A stretch of 64,000 bases of DNA from Terriglobia bacterium (GTDB lineage Bacteria; Acidobacteriota; Terriglobia; 2-12-FULL-54-10): contig CAXVYR010000004.1 of NCBI GenBank assembly GCA_963666975.2, positions 544,001 through 608,000 on the forward strand, read 5' to 3'. Below are positions 1-9,468 of this stretch, one piece after another. The stretch's first letter is position 1. Each line of letters begins with the position of its first letter. The position numbers were made by a program, and so were the translations under genes. Below the pieces are notes generated by a model. That model did no database searches, was not told the origin of the DNA, and worked only from the letters and a program-made list of their open reading frames with translations.

Positions 1-690
1 AACCGCATCTTGCAAGCGATGGATTTGCTGGGCGCTTGCGGCGGGCTCCAGGGCATCCAGCGCGTCCCGGCTCGAGGTGGCCCGCACAATTTCCCGCTCG
101 CCCTCCCTGCCCGGATAACCCATCCGTATCCGCATCAGGAACCGGTCCATCTGCGACTCCGGCAGCGGATATGTGCCGTGATGTTCAATCGGGTTCTGGG
201 TGGCAATCACCATGAACGGCTCCGGCAGCCGGTGCGTGCGGTTGTCGATGGTTACCTGGCGTTCGTTCATGGCTTCGAGCAGCGCGCTCTGGGTCTTCGG
301 CGTGGTGCGGTTGATCTCATCAGCCAGCAGGACATTGGCAAAAACAGGGCCGGGCTTGAATTCAAATTCCTCCCGATGCTGGTTGTAAATGGAGATGCCG
401 ATCACGTCGCTCGGCAACAGGTCGCTGGTGAACTGCACCCGCTGAAATTTGCAGTTCAGGCTGCGCGCCATGGCATGGGCCAGCGTGGTTTTCCCCACGC
501 CGGGGACATCTTCGATGAGCAGATGGCCCTCGGAAAGCAAAGCCACCAAGGCCAGGCGAACCTCCTCCGCTTTGCCGTGAATCACCTGAAGCAAACCCTG
601 CTCCAGGCGGCGGACACAGCTCTGCAGTTCGGCGAAGGAATCCGGGGCAGCTTGCGGGCCGCTCTGTGCGGATGTCGAGGCTCTCTGCAT
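1..690 (-). CDS. MoxR-family AAA+ ATPase (partial, runs off the left edge)
   Basis: Not in the ORF track; manual translation from ATG at 690 gives [14 protein letters not shown] (Walker A), [20 protein letters not shown] (Walker B), [24 protein letters not shown] precedes the start. Confidence 0.93.
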   Translation of the reverse strand, partial: MQRASTSAQSGPQAAPDSFAELQSCVRRLEQGLLQVIHGKAEEVRLALVALLSEGHLLIEDVPGVGKTTLAHAMARSLNCKFQRVQFTSDLLPSDVIGISIYNQHREEFEFKPGPVFANVLLADEINRTTPKTQSALLEAMNERQVTIDNRTHRLPEPFMVIATQNPIEHHGTYPLPESQMDRFLMRIRMGYPGREGEREIVRATSSRDALDALEPAASAQQIHRLQDAV

Positions 691-737
691 TCTTTCCTGA
701 AGGCTCCCCGCCGCGGACCGGCTACGGAAAAATTAGA

Positions 738-813
738 TGGTGGGCGATACAGGGCTCGAACCTGTGACTTCCACCGTGTGAGGATGGCACTCTACCAACT
801 GAGTTAATCGCCC
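738..813 (-). tRNA. tRNA-Val(CAC)
   Basis: Reverse complement GGGCGATTAACTCAGTTGGTAGAGTGCCATCCTCACACGGTGGAAGTCACAGGTTCGAGCCCTGTATCGCCCACCA: cloverleaf, anticodon CAC, GTTCGA T-loop, encoded CCA. Confidence 0.96.
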
Positions 814-1093
814 CATATGGCCGCAGCTTTATTCTAGCCAAGGAACCGGCGCGGGAAAAGCGAAATCCCCGCGCTGTGGACCACTCCTGTTACGTTGATC
901 CATGATCCATCCGCGAACCGGATCACCCGCTTGCTTGCTCATTCGCTTGCGCGCCGGCAAAACGGCATGCGGCTTTGTTTGTTTCGGTTTATTTCGCTTC
1001 ATTGATTCGCTTCATTGATTCGCTGCGATGACTTGGGTGGGTTGGATGATCCGGAAAGGAAGATGAAGCGGAGGTTATTCACTGCTCCTTGTT

Positions 1094-3673
1094 TCACCGC
1101 GTTTCACCGCCGGAGCCTCCTCCAAAAACTCCAAAGAGTCGCCGAAAGAAACCCCGCTTCGGCGCTTCCGGCTCTTCGGGGACAACCTGCGCCGGTTCTT
1201 GCGGCGGAGCCGCCGCCCGGATCACCGGCTCAGGAGCCGCCGGCTGCACAGAAGCAGGCTCCGGGACGGCCTGTGGCACAACTTCGGCAATTCGGGTGAG
1301 GGGCAGCGCGCTTTGCACCGGCTGCAAATAATGGAGGGGGCAGTGTTCGGTGGGTTGCGTGCCCGCCACAAAGTACTCCGTTTGGGTGCGGGGACAATGC
1401 GGAGTGGCCAGCCCATTGGTATCCGGGTCAATCTCTACCTGGACGACGCCCGGCGGGGGAACCGCAGCGACCACATCATGATACTCCGGCAAGGTAATCG
1501 CCCGCTTCATAAACTCCGTCCAAATCGGCAGCGCTGAGGCGGCGCCACTGAGAGGCACCTCCAGGTCGGAGTCATAGCCGACCCAAACGATGGTCAACAG
1601 GTTCGAGGTGTAGCCGGCAAACCATCCATCGTGCGACGTGCCGGTTTTGCCCGCTGCCGGAGCGCGGAATCCCCGGGCCCGAACCCCGATACCGGTGCCC
1701 CTGTCAATCGCAGACTCCATCAAGTTGGTCATCAGGAAAGCGATCCGGGGATCCAGCACCCGTGTTCCCCGGCGCTCGGCCTGTTCCAGCACGGTGCCGT
1801 CCTGGGAGCGGACCATGGTCAGCATATACGGGTCCATCCTTACGCCTTGATTGGCAAAGATGGTGTAGGCTCCGGCAATCTCCAGCGGTGTCGCATCATA
1901 CGCTCCCAGGGCTACGGCAGGAGTGGGCTGGATATTCACGTTCATTCCCGCCCGCCGGGCCAGGCTGACGACAGTTTCGTAGCCCACCATCTGGGCCAGT
2001 TTTACCGTGGCCACGTTCAAGGAACGCAACAGGGCGTAGCGCAAGGTCACCGGCCCATAGTAGTGCTCGCGGTAATTGGACGGCTCATAACTGTTCCCCT
2101 CGAACACAAAGGTGGTCGGCTCGTCGTAGAGTTGGGAAATGGGAGTCCACGGCGGGCCTACCGAGCCGTACTGCGCGGCAGACAACGCCGCTGCATACAC
2201 AAAGGGCTTGAAGACCGAGCCGGGCTGGCGGAGCGCCTTGATCCGGTTGAACTGGCTGCGGCCATAGTCCCTGCCTCCCAGCAACGCTTTGATGGCGCCC
2301 GTTTTGGGATCTAACGCAATCAGGGCAGCCTCCACCTTGCGGCCCTCCGAACCATTCTCCTCCGGGCTGCCGGGGCCGGCTTTCGAGGCGGTCTGCTTCC
2401 GTCGGGCCTGGCGCATTTGCTCCAGCCGCTGGTCGACTTCGGCCAAGCCTGCCCGCATGGCTTCTGCGGCAGCCCGCTGCAGCTTCAGATCCAGGGTCGT
2501 ATAGATGCGGTAGCTCTCCGATACCAGTTCTTCTTCGGAATACCTTTCGAGCATCTGGCTCTTCACCATGTCGATATAGTAGGGCGCTTCGCTGGCCACC
2601 GTGTATCGCGGAGTTACTTCGAGAGGCGTATTCGTTGCCTCTTCGCGCTGTTGCGGGGTAATCGCGCCTGTCTCCACCATGGCGCTCAAAACGATATTCC
2701 GGCGCCGTATGGCTGCCTCGGGATTGCGGTACGGAGAGTACAGGTTCGGTCCCTGCATGATCCCGGCCAGGAATGCGGCTTCCGGCAGCGCCAGGTCGCG
2801 CACGTCTTTGCTGAAATAGGCTTGCGCGGCTTCTCCAAAACCGCTGATGGTGAAACTGCCCCTCTGACCCATATAAATTTTATTGCAGTAATATTCGAAG
2901 ATTTGTTCTTTGGTCAGCCGCCCTTCCAACTGGAAGGCTACCAGGGTCTCGGCCAGCTTTCGCTTCCAGGTCCGCTGTGAGCTGAAGAAAAAACTGCGGG
3001 CCAGTTGCATGGTAATGGTGCTGGCCCCCTGCTCTACTCGTCCCGCGCGGATGTCCACATAGGCCGCCTTCAAGATGCGCAGGTAGTCCACGCCGGAGTG
3101 TTGCAGGAAGCGGCGATCCTCGATGGCCAGGACTGCATTCATCAAATCCGAAGGCAGGTCGCGAAATTCCACCAGCCGCCGCTTTTCTCTGCGGCGGTCA
3201 AACAGGCTCGTGACCAGGCGGGGCTCCAGCGCGTATTCGCTGCGGGCAAACTGGTCCCGCAGAGAAACGATGCTGTTCACTTGCCCGTCCGCGAAACGGA
3301 CCTCCGCAGGATCGTTTGCAAAATAGGAATCCGGGCCGGGAACTATGCGGATTCCATCCTGGAGCAAGGAATACCAGCCTTTGGGATTGTCGCGCCGCTC
3401 GGTATAGCCGGACATCCGAATATGGGAAATCACCTCGGCGCGGTCACCTCTCTGGCCGAGGATCAGCTTTTCGGGAGCCGCGTAAACCTGGGAGACGTTG
3501 GGGAAAACAGGGCCAGCCAGGCGGTTGTCGATGAGCCGGGAAAAACGGACGTAGTAAGACGTGAAGACGGAGGCGGCGCCGATTACAGCCAGCAGCAGCA
3601 GGGAAAGGCAGACCAAACCCACGGGACGAAACAAGGCATGCACCAAGCGGCTCTTTTTGATGAAGACACGCAT
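1094..3673 (-). CDS. Class A bifunctional penicillin-binding protein (PBP1A/1B-like)
   Basis: N-terminal TM helix; transglycosylase motifs EDRRF and GASTITMQLAR; transpeptidase motifs SVFK, SLN, KTG; Pro-rich tail. Confidence 0.95.
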   Translation of the reverse strand: MRVFIKKSRLVHALFRPVGLVCLSLLLLAVIGAASVFTSYYVRFSRLIDNRLAGPVFPNVSQVYAAPEKLILGQRGDRAEVISHIRMSGYTERRDNPKGWYSLLQDGIRIVPGPDSYFANDPAEVRFADGQVNSIVSLRDQFARSEYALEPRLVTSLFDRRREKRRLVEFRDLPSDLMNAVLAIEDRRFLQHSGVDYLRILKAAYVDIRAGRVEQGASTITMQLARSFFFSSQRTWKRKLAETLVAFQLEGRLTKEQIFEYYCNKIYMGQRGSFTISGFGEAAQAYFSKDVRDLALPEAAFLAGIMQGPNLYSPYRNPEAAIRRRNIVLSAMVETGAITPQQREEATNTPLEVTPRYTVASEAPYYIDMVKSQMLERYSEEELVSESYRIYTTLDLKLQRAAAEAMRAGLAEVDQRLEQMRQARRKQTASKAGPGSPEENGSEGRKVEAALIALDPKTGAIKALLGGRDYGRSQFNRIKALRQPGSVFKPFVYAAALSAAQYGSVGPPWTPISQLYDEPTTFVFEGNSYEPSNYREHYYGPVTLRYALLRSLNVATVKLAQMVGYETVVSLARRAGMNVNIQPTPAVALGAYDATPLEIAGAYTIFANQGVRMDPYMLTMVRSQDGTVLEQAERRGTRVLDPRIAFLMTNLMESAIDRGTGIGVRARGFRAPAAGKTGTSHDGWFAGYTSNLLTIVWVGYDSDLEVPLSGAASALPIWTEFMKRAITLPEYHDVVAAVPPPGVVQVEIDPDTNGLATPHCPRTQTEYFVAGTQPTEHCPLHYLQPVQSALPLTRIAEVVPQAVPEPASVQPAAPEPVIRAAAPPQEPAQVVPEEPEAPKRGFFRRLFGVFGGGSGGETR

Positions 3674-3691
3674 AGGTCGAGTTCCTTGAGG

Positions 3692-4078
3692 CTATTTCCC
3701 GGAGACCATGAGATTACGATTCCCGGCCGAAGGCTCGAAACGAAGCTCCACCTCCCGCACACCCAAATCTACCTGGACCGCATATTCGACCGCAATGTCC
3801 ACCGAAGCTCTGGTCTTCCGCACGGCCACCTGCCGGTTTTCGAGTTGGATGTCGAACGCACGGGCCCGGCTAATGACCTCTCTGCGAATATCCGACTCTG
3901 ACATTTGTTGTGAATACGTCGCCCTGCCGGCCAAATTTTCCACCGCATCCTGTAACCGGTAATTGCTGAAATAGGGAGGGAAAAGCCTCACAGCCAGAAA
4001 AATAAGAGCAGCCAGAAACAGGAGCGAAAAAAGGAGCGATAAGGAAAGGAACCCTCGTTCGGAGCGGACTGTTTGCAT
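3692..4078 (-). CDS. DUF4845-like membrane-anchored protein
   Basis: 128 aa; ERG followed by a hydrophobic helix and PPYFSNY; overlaps the proS stop, so probably co-transcribed. Confidence 0.7.
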   Translation of the reverse strand: MQTVRSERGFLSLSLLFSLLFLAALIFLAVRLFPPYFSNYRLQDAVENLAGRATYSQQMSESDIRREVISRARAFDIQLENRQVAVRKTRASVDIAVEYAVQVDLGVREVELRFEPSAGNRNLMVSGK

Positions 4079-5826
4079 CAGCGTCTCTTGCCAATGGCCT
4101 GTTCGTTATCGTTTCTCCGGACAGTCGCCGCAGAATTTTCGCGCCAGGCGGTGCGGAGAAACTCGTTCACCTCTACGATTTTAACATCGCTGGTTTGCTT
4201 TGTCGAGCGCACAGCCAGCTCCACCAACCCGGAGGTGACTTTTCTGCCAACCGTTACGCGAAAGGGAATCCCGATCAAATCGGCATCCTTGAACTTCACG
4301 CCGGGGCGCTCCTTCCGGTCGTCGAGCAGAACGTCGAATCCGTCTCCTTGGGCCTGTTCGTAGATTTGTTCGGCTGCCGACATCTGGCTGGCATCGCCGG
4401 AGTTTACGGGAACCACCACCAGCGCGAACGGCGCGATCGCCGGGGGCAGCACGATTCCATCCGGGTCGTGCCGTTGTTCGATGACCCCGGCTAGAATCCT
4501 CTCGATTCCGATGCCGTAGGAGCCCATCCAGAGGGTTACCTGTTTGCCGTCCCGGTCCAGAACGCTGGCGCCCATCTTCTCCGAGTACCTTTTGCCGAGC
4601 TGAAAGATATGTCCCATCTCGATGGCTCCACGGACCTCCATCGGCGAGCTGCACTGCGGGCAGAGATCGCCGCTTTGCACCGCGCGGAGATCATGAAACT
4701 CGGCGGAAAAGTCGCGTCCCGGCGTGACATGGCGCAGGTGAAAATCATCCTCGTTGGCGCCGCAGACCAGATCGCGGCGGCCTTCCAGAGCTTGGTCCGC
4801 CAGGATACGGCGCCCCTGAACTGCCACCGGCCCCAGCGAACCCGCAGAGGCTCCCAGCGCCTGCTGGATCTCCTCGGAATGCGCCGGGCGCAGAGCCAAG
4901 TCTCCGAACAGATCAGCCAGCTTGCTTTCGCTCACCTGATGGTCTCCCCGCAGCAAGACCAGCACGGTATCCTCGCCAGCCTGATAGACCACGGTCTTCA
5001 ACAACCGCGTGGACGGCAGTTCGGTGAAGGCTGCCAAGTCTTCTATGGTCCGCTGTCCCGGCGTGGCAAACTTTTCCGGAGGTCCGGCTTCCGCATCCTG
5101 CACCGGGGCAAGCTGGGAGACGGCTTTTTCCATGTTGGCGGCATAGCCGCATGCCGCGCAACGGACTACATGGTCCTCCCCTGTCTCTGAAAGCACCATG
5201 AATTCATGCGAACGGCTTCCTCCCATGGAGCCGGAATGCGCTTCCACCGTGACGTACTCGATTCCGCAACGCTCAAAGATGCGGCAATAGGTCTCATAAT
5301 GTTTCTGGTAGCTTTGGCGGAGGCCCTCCTCGTCGAGGTCAAACGAGTAGGAGTCCTTCATGGTGAACTGCCGCGCGCGCAGCAGGCCTCCTTTGGGGCG
5401 CGGCTCGTCGCGGAACTTGTTCTGGATCTGATACCAGATTTGCGGCAGTTGCCGGTAGGACTGCAATTCATGCCGCGCCAGATCCGTCATGATCTCTTCA
5501 TGCGTCATTCCCAGGCAGAGCCAGCGTTTCCCCCGGTCCTGCAGGCGGAACATCGTCTCTCCCATCAGGTCCCACCGGCCGCTCTCGCGCCAGGGTTCAT
5601 CCGGATGCAGCGCCGGCAAGTAGAACTCCTGCGCAATGCGGTCCATCTCTTCCCGCACGATGGCCGTGATCTTCAACAAAGACCGCTGACCCAGAAACAG
5701 GTAACTATAGATGCCCGAGGCCAGCGGCCGGATGTATCCGGCCCGCAATAGAAGTTGATGGCTCGGAACTTCGGCGTCCGAGGGCGTTTCACGCAGCGTG
5801 GGTATGAATAATTGGCTCCAGCGCAA
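4078..5826 (-). CDS. proS: Proline--tRNA ligase
   Basis: RWSQLFIPTLRE N-terminus (TTG start at 5826 preferred over the track start 5973), FRDEPRP, MKDSYSF, INS editing domain, GSYGIGIER, GVKFKDADLIG. Confidence 0.97.
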   Translation of the reverse strand: MRWSQLFIPTLRETPSDAEVPSHQLLLRAGYIRPLASGIYSYLFLGQRSLLKITAIVREEMDRIAQEFYLPALHPDEPWRESGRWDLMGETMFRLQDRGKRWLCLGMTHEEIMTDLARHELQSYRQLPQIWYQIQNKFRDEPRPKGGLLRARQFTMKDSYSFDLDEEGLRQSYQKHYETYCRIFERCGIEYVTVEAHSGSMGGSRSHEFMVLSETGEDHVVRCAACGYAANMEKAVSQLAPVQDAEAGPPEKFATPGQRTIEDLAAFTELPSTRLLKTVVYQAGEDTVLVLLRGDHQVSESKLADLFGDLALRPAHSEEIQQALGASAGSLGPVAVQGRRILADQALEGRRDLVCGANEDDFHLRHVTPGRDFSAEFHDLRAVQSGDLCPQCSSPMEVRGAIEMGHIFQLGKRYSEKMGASVLDRDGKQVTLWMGSYGIGIERILAGVIEQRHDPDGIVLPPAIAPFALVVVPVNSGDASQMSAAEQIYEQAQGDGFDVLLDDRKERPGVKFKDADLIGIPFRVTVGRKVTSGLVELAVRSTKQTSDVKIVEVNEFLRTAWRENSAATVRRNDNEQAIGKRR

Positions 5827-5954
5827 CTTGCTTCCGTTCTCCTTTACCTTGGTTTTCTTCCTTCCGCCATAGTGACTGCATTGTAGCATCCGGCCATTGG
5901 AGAGGGGAAATACGAGGGAAATCACATGGACAGCTGATTTGCTATACTGGCCGC

Positions 5955-6368
5955 GTGGAAATCCAGTTTTCAACCAAAGGCTTCACAGAAATCATCGACA
6001 TCACGCCGAAGGTCCGGGAGGCGATTCAGGGAGCCGGCGTAAAACAAGGCGTGGTTCATCTCTTTGTGGCGGGCTCCACGGCAGCGCTCACCACCATCGA
6101 ATACGAGCCGGGAGCTTTGGCGGACCTGCAGCGGGCCTTGGAGCAGATCGTTCCCGCCGGCGGCGATTACGCTCACAATGAGGCATGGGGCGACGGAAAC
6201 GGCTATGCCCATCTGCGCGCCGCCCTGCTCAAGCCCGACCTCTGCGTTCCCATCCAGGAAGGCCGGCTGGCGCTGGGCACATGGCAGCAAATCGTCCTGA
6301 TTGATTTCGACAACCGCCCCCGGCAGCGCAAGGTCTTGCTCACCCTCACGCAAGCCGCCTCCCGTTAA
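5955..6368 (+). CDS. yjbQ: YjbQ/UPF0047 family protein
   Basis: GSTAALTTIEYE, NGYAHLRA, LGTWQQIVLIDFD motifs. Confidence 0.92.
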   Translation: MEIQFSTKGFTEIIDITPKVREAIQGAGVKQGVVHLFVAGSTAALTTIEYEPGALADLQRALEQIVPAGGDYAHNEAWGDGNGYAHLRAALLKPDLCVPIQEGRLALGTWQQIVLIDFDNRPRQRKVLLTLTQAASR

Positions 6369-6475
6369 TCGAGTCAATGGCTTCCCGTTGCGCTGCAGAA
6401 ACGGCTCCTATTTTAATTGCCCCTGCTCTTGCGGTAAAGTGAACTAATTTGCAAGACGAAGCATGGCAATAGCAC

Positions 6476-7333
6476 ATGATAGATGATCCTTATTACTCTG
6501 TGCGGCTTTCCTTGGTGGAGCAAATCAATCGGGACCGGGCCTCGGCAGGTCGCCGCCCGGTCGAGATAGATGCTCTGTCCTCCACAGTGGGCGACCGGCA
6601 TTGCCAGGAGATGGCTGCCAACCGGTTTCTGTCCCATTGGAACCTGCGCGGCTTGAAGCCCTATCACCGTTATCATCTGGCGGGCGGCAGAGACCATGTG
6701 CAGGAAAATCTATCCCGGTTGACGGTCTTTACGAACAAACCTATCCCCATCCAGACGCAGCCGCAGGATATTCTCCCGCATATGCTGCACGCCGAGAAAC
6801 GCATGTTCGAGGAGAAACCGCCGCTGGACGGACACCGCAAAAATATTCTGGACCCGGCGCACACTCACGTCGGAATCGGCTTTGCCGTGGTGGGAAGCGA
6901 ATTCACCCTGTCACAGCAGTTTTTGAACCGGTTCGTCCGGCTGAATGAGTTGCCCGCGGCGATGCCGCGCGGCTCCATCCGGGTGGAAGGCGAGATGTTG
7001 CGGAAAGACTATGGCCCGTACTACTGCGTGCTGTTTCATGACGGGGAGCTGAAACCGTGGACCGTCGAGAAGCTGAACCAAACCTATGCCTATTCCGACG
7101 CCAGCGGGGCGATTTGCGCCAAGGTCCCGCCCTGGGAGATGCGTTTCAGCCGTTCCAGTGGGCGATTCAGCTTTTCCGCTCGGGCAAGCAACTGCGGCCC
7201 GGGATACTACCATTTGCTGCTGTGGGTCCGCGAAGATGTCGATTCCATCCCTTACCAGTTGTATCAAGGAGGAAGTTTTGCAGTCGACACAAAGGACGCC
7301 ACTCCCTGCGCAGGCTGGGTGTTTCACCGGTGA
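6476..7333 (+). CDS. CAP/SCP domain protein
   Basis: INRDR, HCQEM...FLSHW, ENL, GHRKNILDP.HTHVGIG signature. Confidence 0.85.
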   Translation: MIDDPYYSVRLSLVEQINRDRASAGRRPVEIDALSSTVGDRHCQEMAANRFLSHWNLRGLKPYHRYHLAGGRDHVQENLSRLTVFTNKPIPIQTQPQDILPHMLHAEKRMFEEKPPLDGHRKNILDPAHTHVGIGFAVVGSEFTLSQQFLNRFVRLNELPAAMPRGSIRVEGEMLRKDYGPYYCVLFHDGELKPWTVEKLNQTYAYSDASGAICAKVPPWEMRFSRSSGRFSFSARASNCGPGYYHLLLWVREDVDSIPYQLYQGGSFAVDTKDATPCAGWVFHR

Positions 7334-7426
7334 GGACGCCTTGCGCGGCAAAGGTGGAAGGATGTACATTTTGAAGCTGGCAGAACGTCTCCGGCATCGA
7401 ATGGCAGCGGCTCCCCAGGAGGGTTG

Positions 7427-8464
7427 ATGGAAAAATCGGCAATCACCGTACAACGGCACATCCTGGAACAGGAGCGCAAACACCAGCAAGCGACCGGCGA
7501 CCTGACCGGGCTGCTTTGGGATTTAACGCTGGCGGCCAAGGTCGTCTCACGGGAAGTGAACCGCGCCGGGCTGGCCGATATCTTCGGCGCAACGGGTGAG
7601 GAAAATGAAAGCGGCGACTTGGTCAAGCGGCTGGACAGCATCGCGCAGGACACCATCTACCGCGCCATGGACCACGGCGGCCATCTCTGCGCAATGGTCT
7701 CGGAGGAAAGCCCCGATGTGATTCCCATTCCCGCAAACTATCCCAAGGGGAAATATCTGCTGCTCTATGACCCTCTGGACGGCTCCTCCAACATCGAGGC
7801 CAACGTCAGCATCGGCACCATCTTTTCCGTGCACCGCCGGATTAGCGACTCCGGCGACGGGACGATGGAAGACTGCCTGCGCAAGGGCTCCGAGCAGGTG
7901 GCCGCCGGGTACTTCCTCTATGGATCGAGCACCATGATTGTCTACACCACAGGGCAAGGCGTTTACGGCTTTACGCTCGATCCGAGCATCGGGGAGTTCA
8001 TGCTCTCGCACGACCGCATCGTCACTCCGCCCAAAGGCAAGTATTACAGCGTGAATGAAGGCAATGTCACCGGCTGGGACGAGCCAACGCGCAATTACAT
8101 CCAGCACCTGAAACAAAAAGATAAAGCCACGGGCCGGCCTTATTCGCTGCGCTACATCGGCTCGCTGGTGGCCGACATCCACCGAACGCTGCTCTACGGC
8201 GGTGTCTTTCTCTACCCCTCCGACTACAGCGATCCGGTGAAGCCAAGGCCGAAGCTGCGGCTTCTGTACGAAGTGGCGCCGATGTCGTTCCTCATGGAGC
8301 AGGCAGGGGGCGCCGCCACCACGGGAACCCAGAGAGCGCTCGACATACAAGCCACTTCCCTGCACCACAAAGTCCCGATTGTCCTCGGAAGCAAACAGGA
8401 CGTCGAGACCTATGAGAGGTTTTGCAGGGAGTCCAGCACCGTCACGGCGGGCAGGAAAAAGTAA
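7427..8464 (+). CDS. fbp: Class 1 fructose-1,6-bisphosphatase
   Basis: SEE, DPLDGSSN, YSVNEGN, RYIGSLVADIHR, KLRLLYE. Confidence 0.97.
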   Translation: MEKSAITVQRHILEQERKHQQATGDLTGLLWDLTLAAKVVSREVNRAGLADIFGATGEENESGDLVKRLDSIAQDTIYRAMDHGGHLCAMVSEESPDVIPIPANYPKGKYLLLYDPLDGSSNIEANVSIGTIFSVHRRISDSGDGTMEDCLRKGSEQVAAGYFLYGSSTMIVYTTGQGVYGFTLDPSIGEFMLSHDRIVTPPKGKYYSVNEGNVTGWDEPTRNYIQHLKQKDKATGRPYSLRYIGSLVADIHRTLLYGGVFLYPSDYSDPVKPRPKLRLLYEVAPMSFLMEQAGGAATTGTQRALDIQATSLHHKVPIVLGSKQDVETYERFCRESSTVTAGRKK

Positions 8465-8670
8465 GGAAAGCAGACCCTCTGCGGGCGGAGCGTTGGCGGA
8501 CGGGAACACAACCTTCCTCCCGCAACCATGCCTCGTGCCGGAACCTGTTTTCTTCCTCTCGCCTCTCGACCATCACTTCACTAATCACTTCACTAGATCC
8601 AACCTGAAATATCCCAGGCCTATCCCTAGGCGGACGTTGCCTGGGCTCGCAGCCTGGATCGATTTTTTTC

Positions 8671-8725
8671 TTGACAAGAAAAGGAGGAAAAGCGAGAATG
8701 TTATTGCAAATGAGTTGCAATAACA
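8671..8725 (+). promoter_or_regulatory. Sigma70-like promoter overlapped by an operator palindrome upstream of the Fur-family gene
   Basis: TTGACA (8671-8676), 17 bp spacer, GAGAAT (8694-8699); perfect 11 bp inverted repeat TGTTATTGCAA-ATGAG-TTGCAATAACA at 8699-8725. Confidence 0.75.
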
Positions 8726-8791
8726 GATGCCACTCGGTTGCAATAGAGAGATTGGAATAGACGACTTGCAGTAAATGACCGGCAATAAACC

Positions 8792-9286
8792 ATGCCGCTG
8801 GTAAAACAGATTCGCCGCCGGGGAGGGCTGGAGCTCCTCGCCAAACAACATGGCCTGAGGCTGACGCGCCAGCGCCGCCTGATCTTTTCCATCCTGGAGT
8901 CGGCCAAGACGCACCTCAACGCCAAGCAGCTTCTCGAGCAGGCCCAGCGCCTGGAACCCGGCATCGATCAGGTGACCATCTACCGGAATCTCGGCGTGCT
9001 CAAGCGCCTGGGCGTGGTGGATGAGCTGGATTTGCTGCACCTGCGCGGCGACCAGCACTACTACGAGGCGCGGCAGGTGAGGGCCCACTCCCACGTGGCG
9101 TGCCTGGCCTGCGGAAAAGTTTTTGAGTTTTATACGTCGGCGATGAAAACTATTGACCGGGAATTGGAGAAGGAATGCGGCTTTACCGTTTCCTTTACCC
9201 GGATCGAGATTGGGGGACATTGCGCAGCGTGCCGGAAAAGTGAAAGGGTAGCTCCCCTTCCCCGGAAGGGGAAGCAGACTCGCTGA
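8792..9286 (+). CDS. Fur-family metal-responsive transcriptional repressor
   Basis: LRLTRQR, TIYRNL, HSHVACLACG and GHCAAC motifs; metal specificity (Fur/Zur/Mur) cannot be decided from sequence. Confidence 0.93.
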   Translation: MPLVKQIRRRGGLELLAKQHGLRLTRQRRLIFSILESAKTHLNAKQLLEQAQRLEPGIDQVTIYRNLGVLKRLGVVDELDLLHLRGDQHYYEARQVRAHSHVACLACGKVFEFYTSAMKTIDRELEKECGFTVSFTRIEIGGHCAACRKSERVAPLPRKGKQTR

Positions 9287-9468
9287 ATGCTCCGGCTCGC
9301 CCCGCTATTTTTTGAAGAGAAACACAATCGCGCAGCGGGCGCCCGCGCCTGCCTAGCTCGAACCGCCCGCTGTGCTGTCAATCAACCCATTCCGGGGTGG
9401 ATTGCCTGTATTTACTGTAGGCCAATCCACCCCGGAATTCAACACACGTTTTCCTGGAGGAGGACTGG

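Noticed and set aside
10-807. 265 aa plus-strand ORF in the track
   Set aside because: Antisense shadow of the minus-strand MoxR gene; it also overlaps tRNA-Val.
5827-5973. N-terminal extensions in the ORF track (proS; likewise senA, ahcY, pmbA, guaB, metK)
   Set aside because: Family-typical N-termini and RBS positions support the downstream starts used here.
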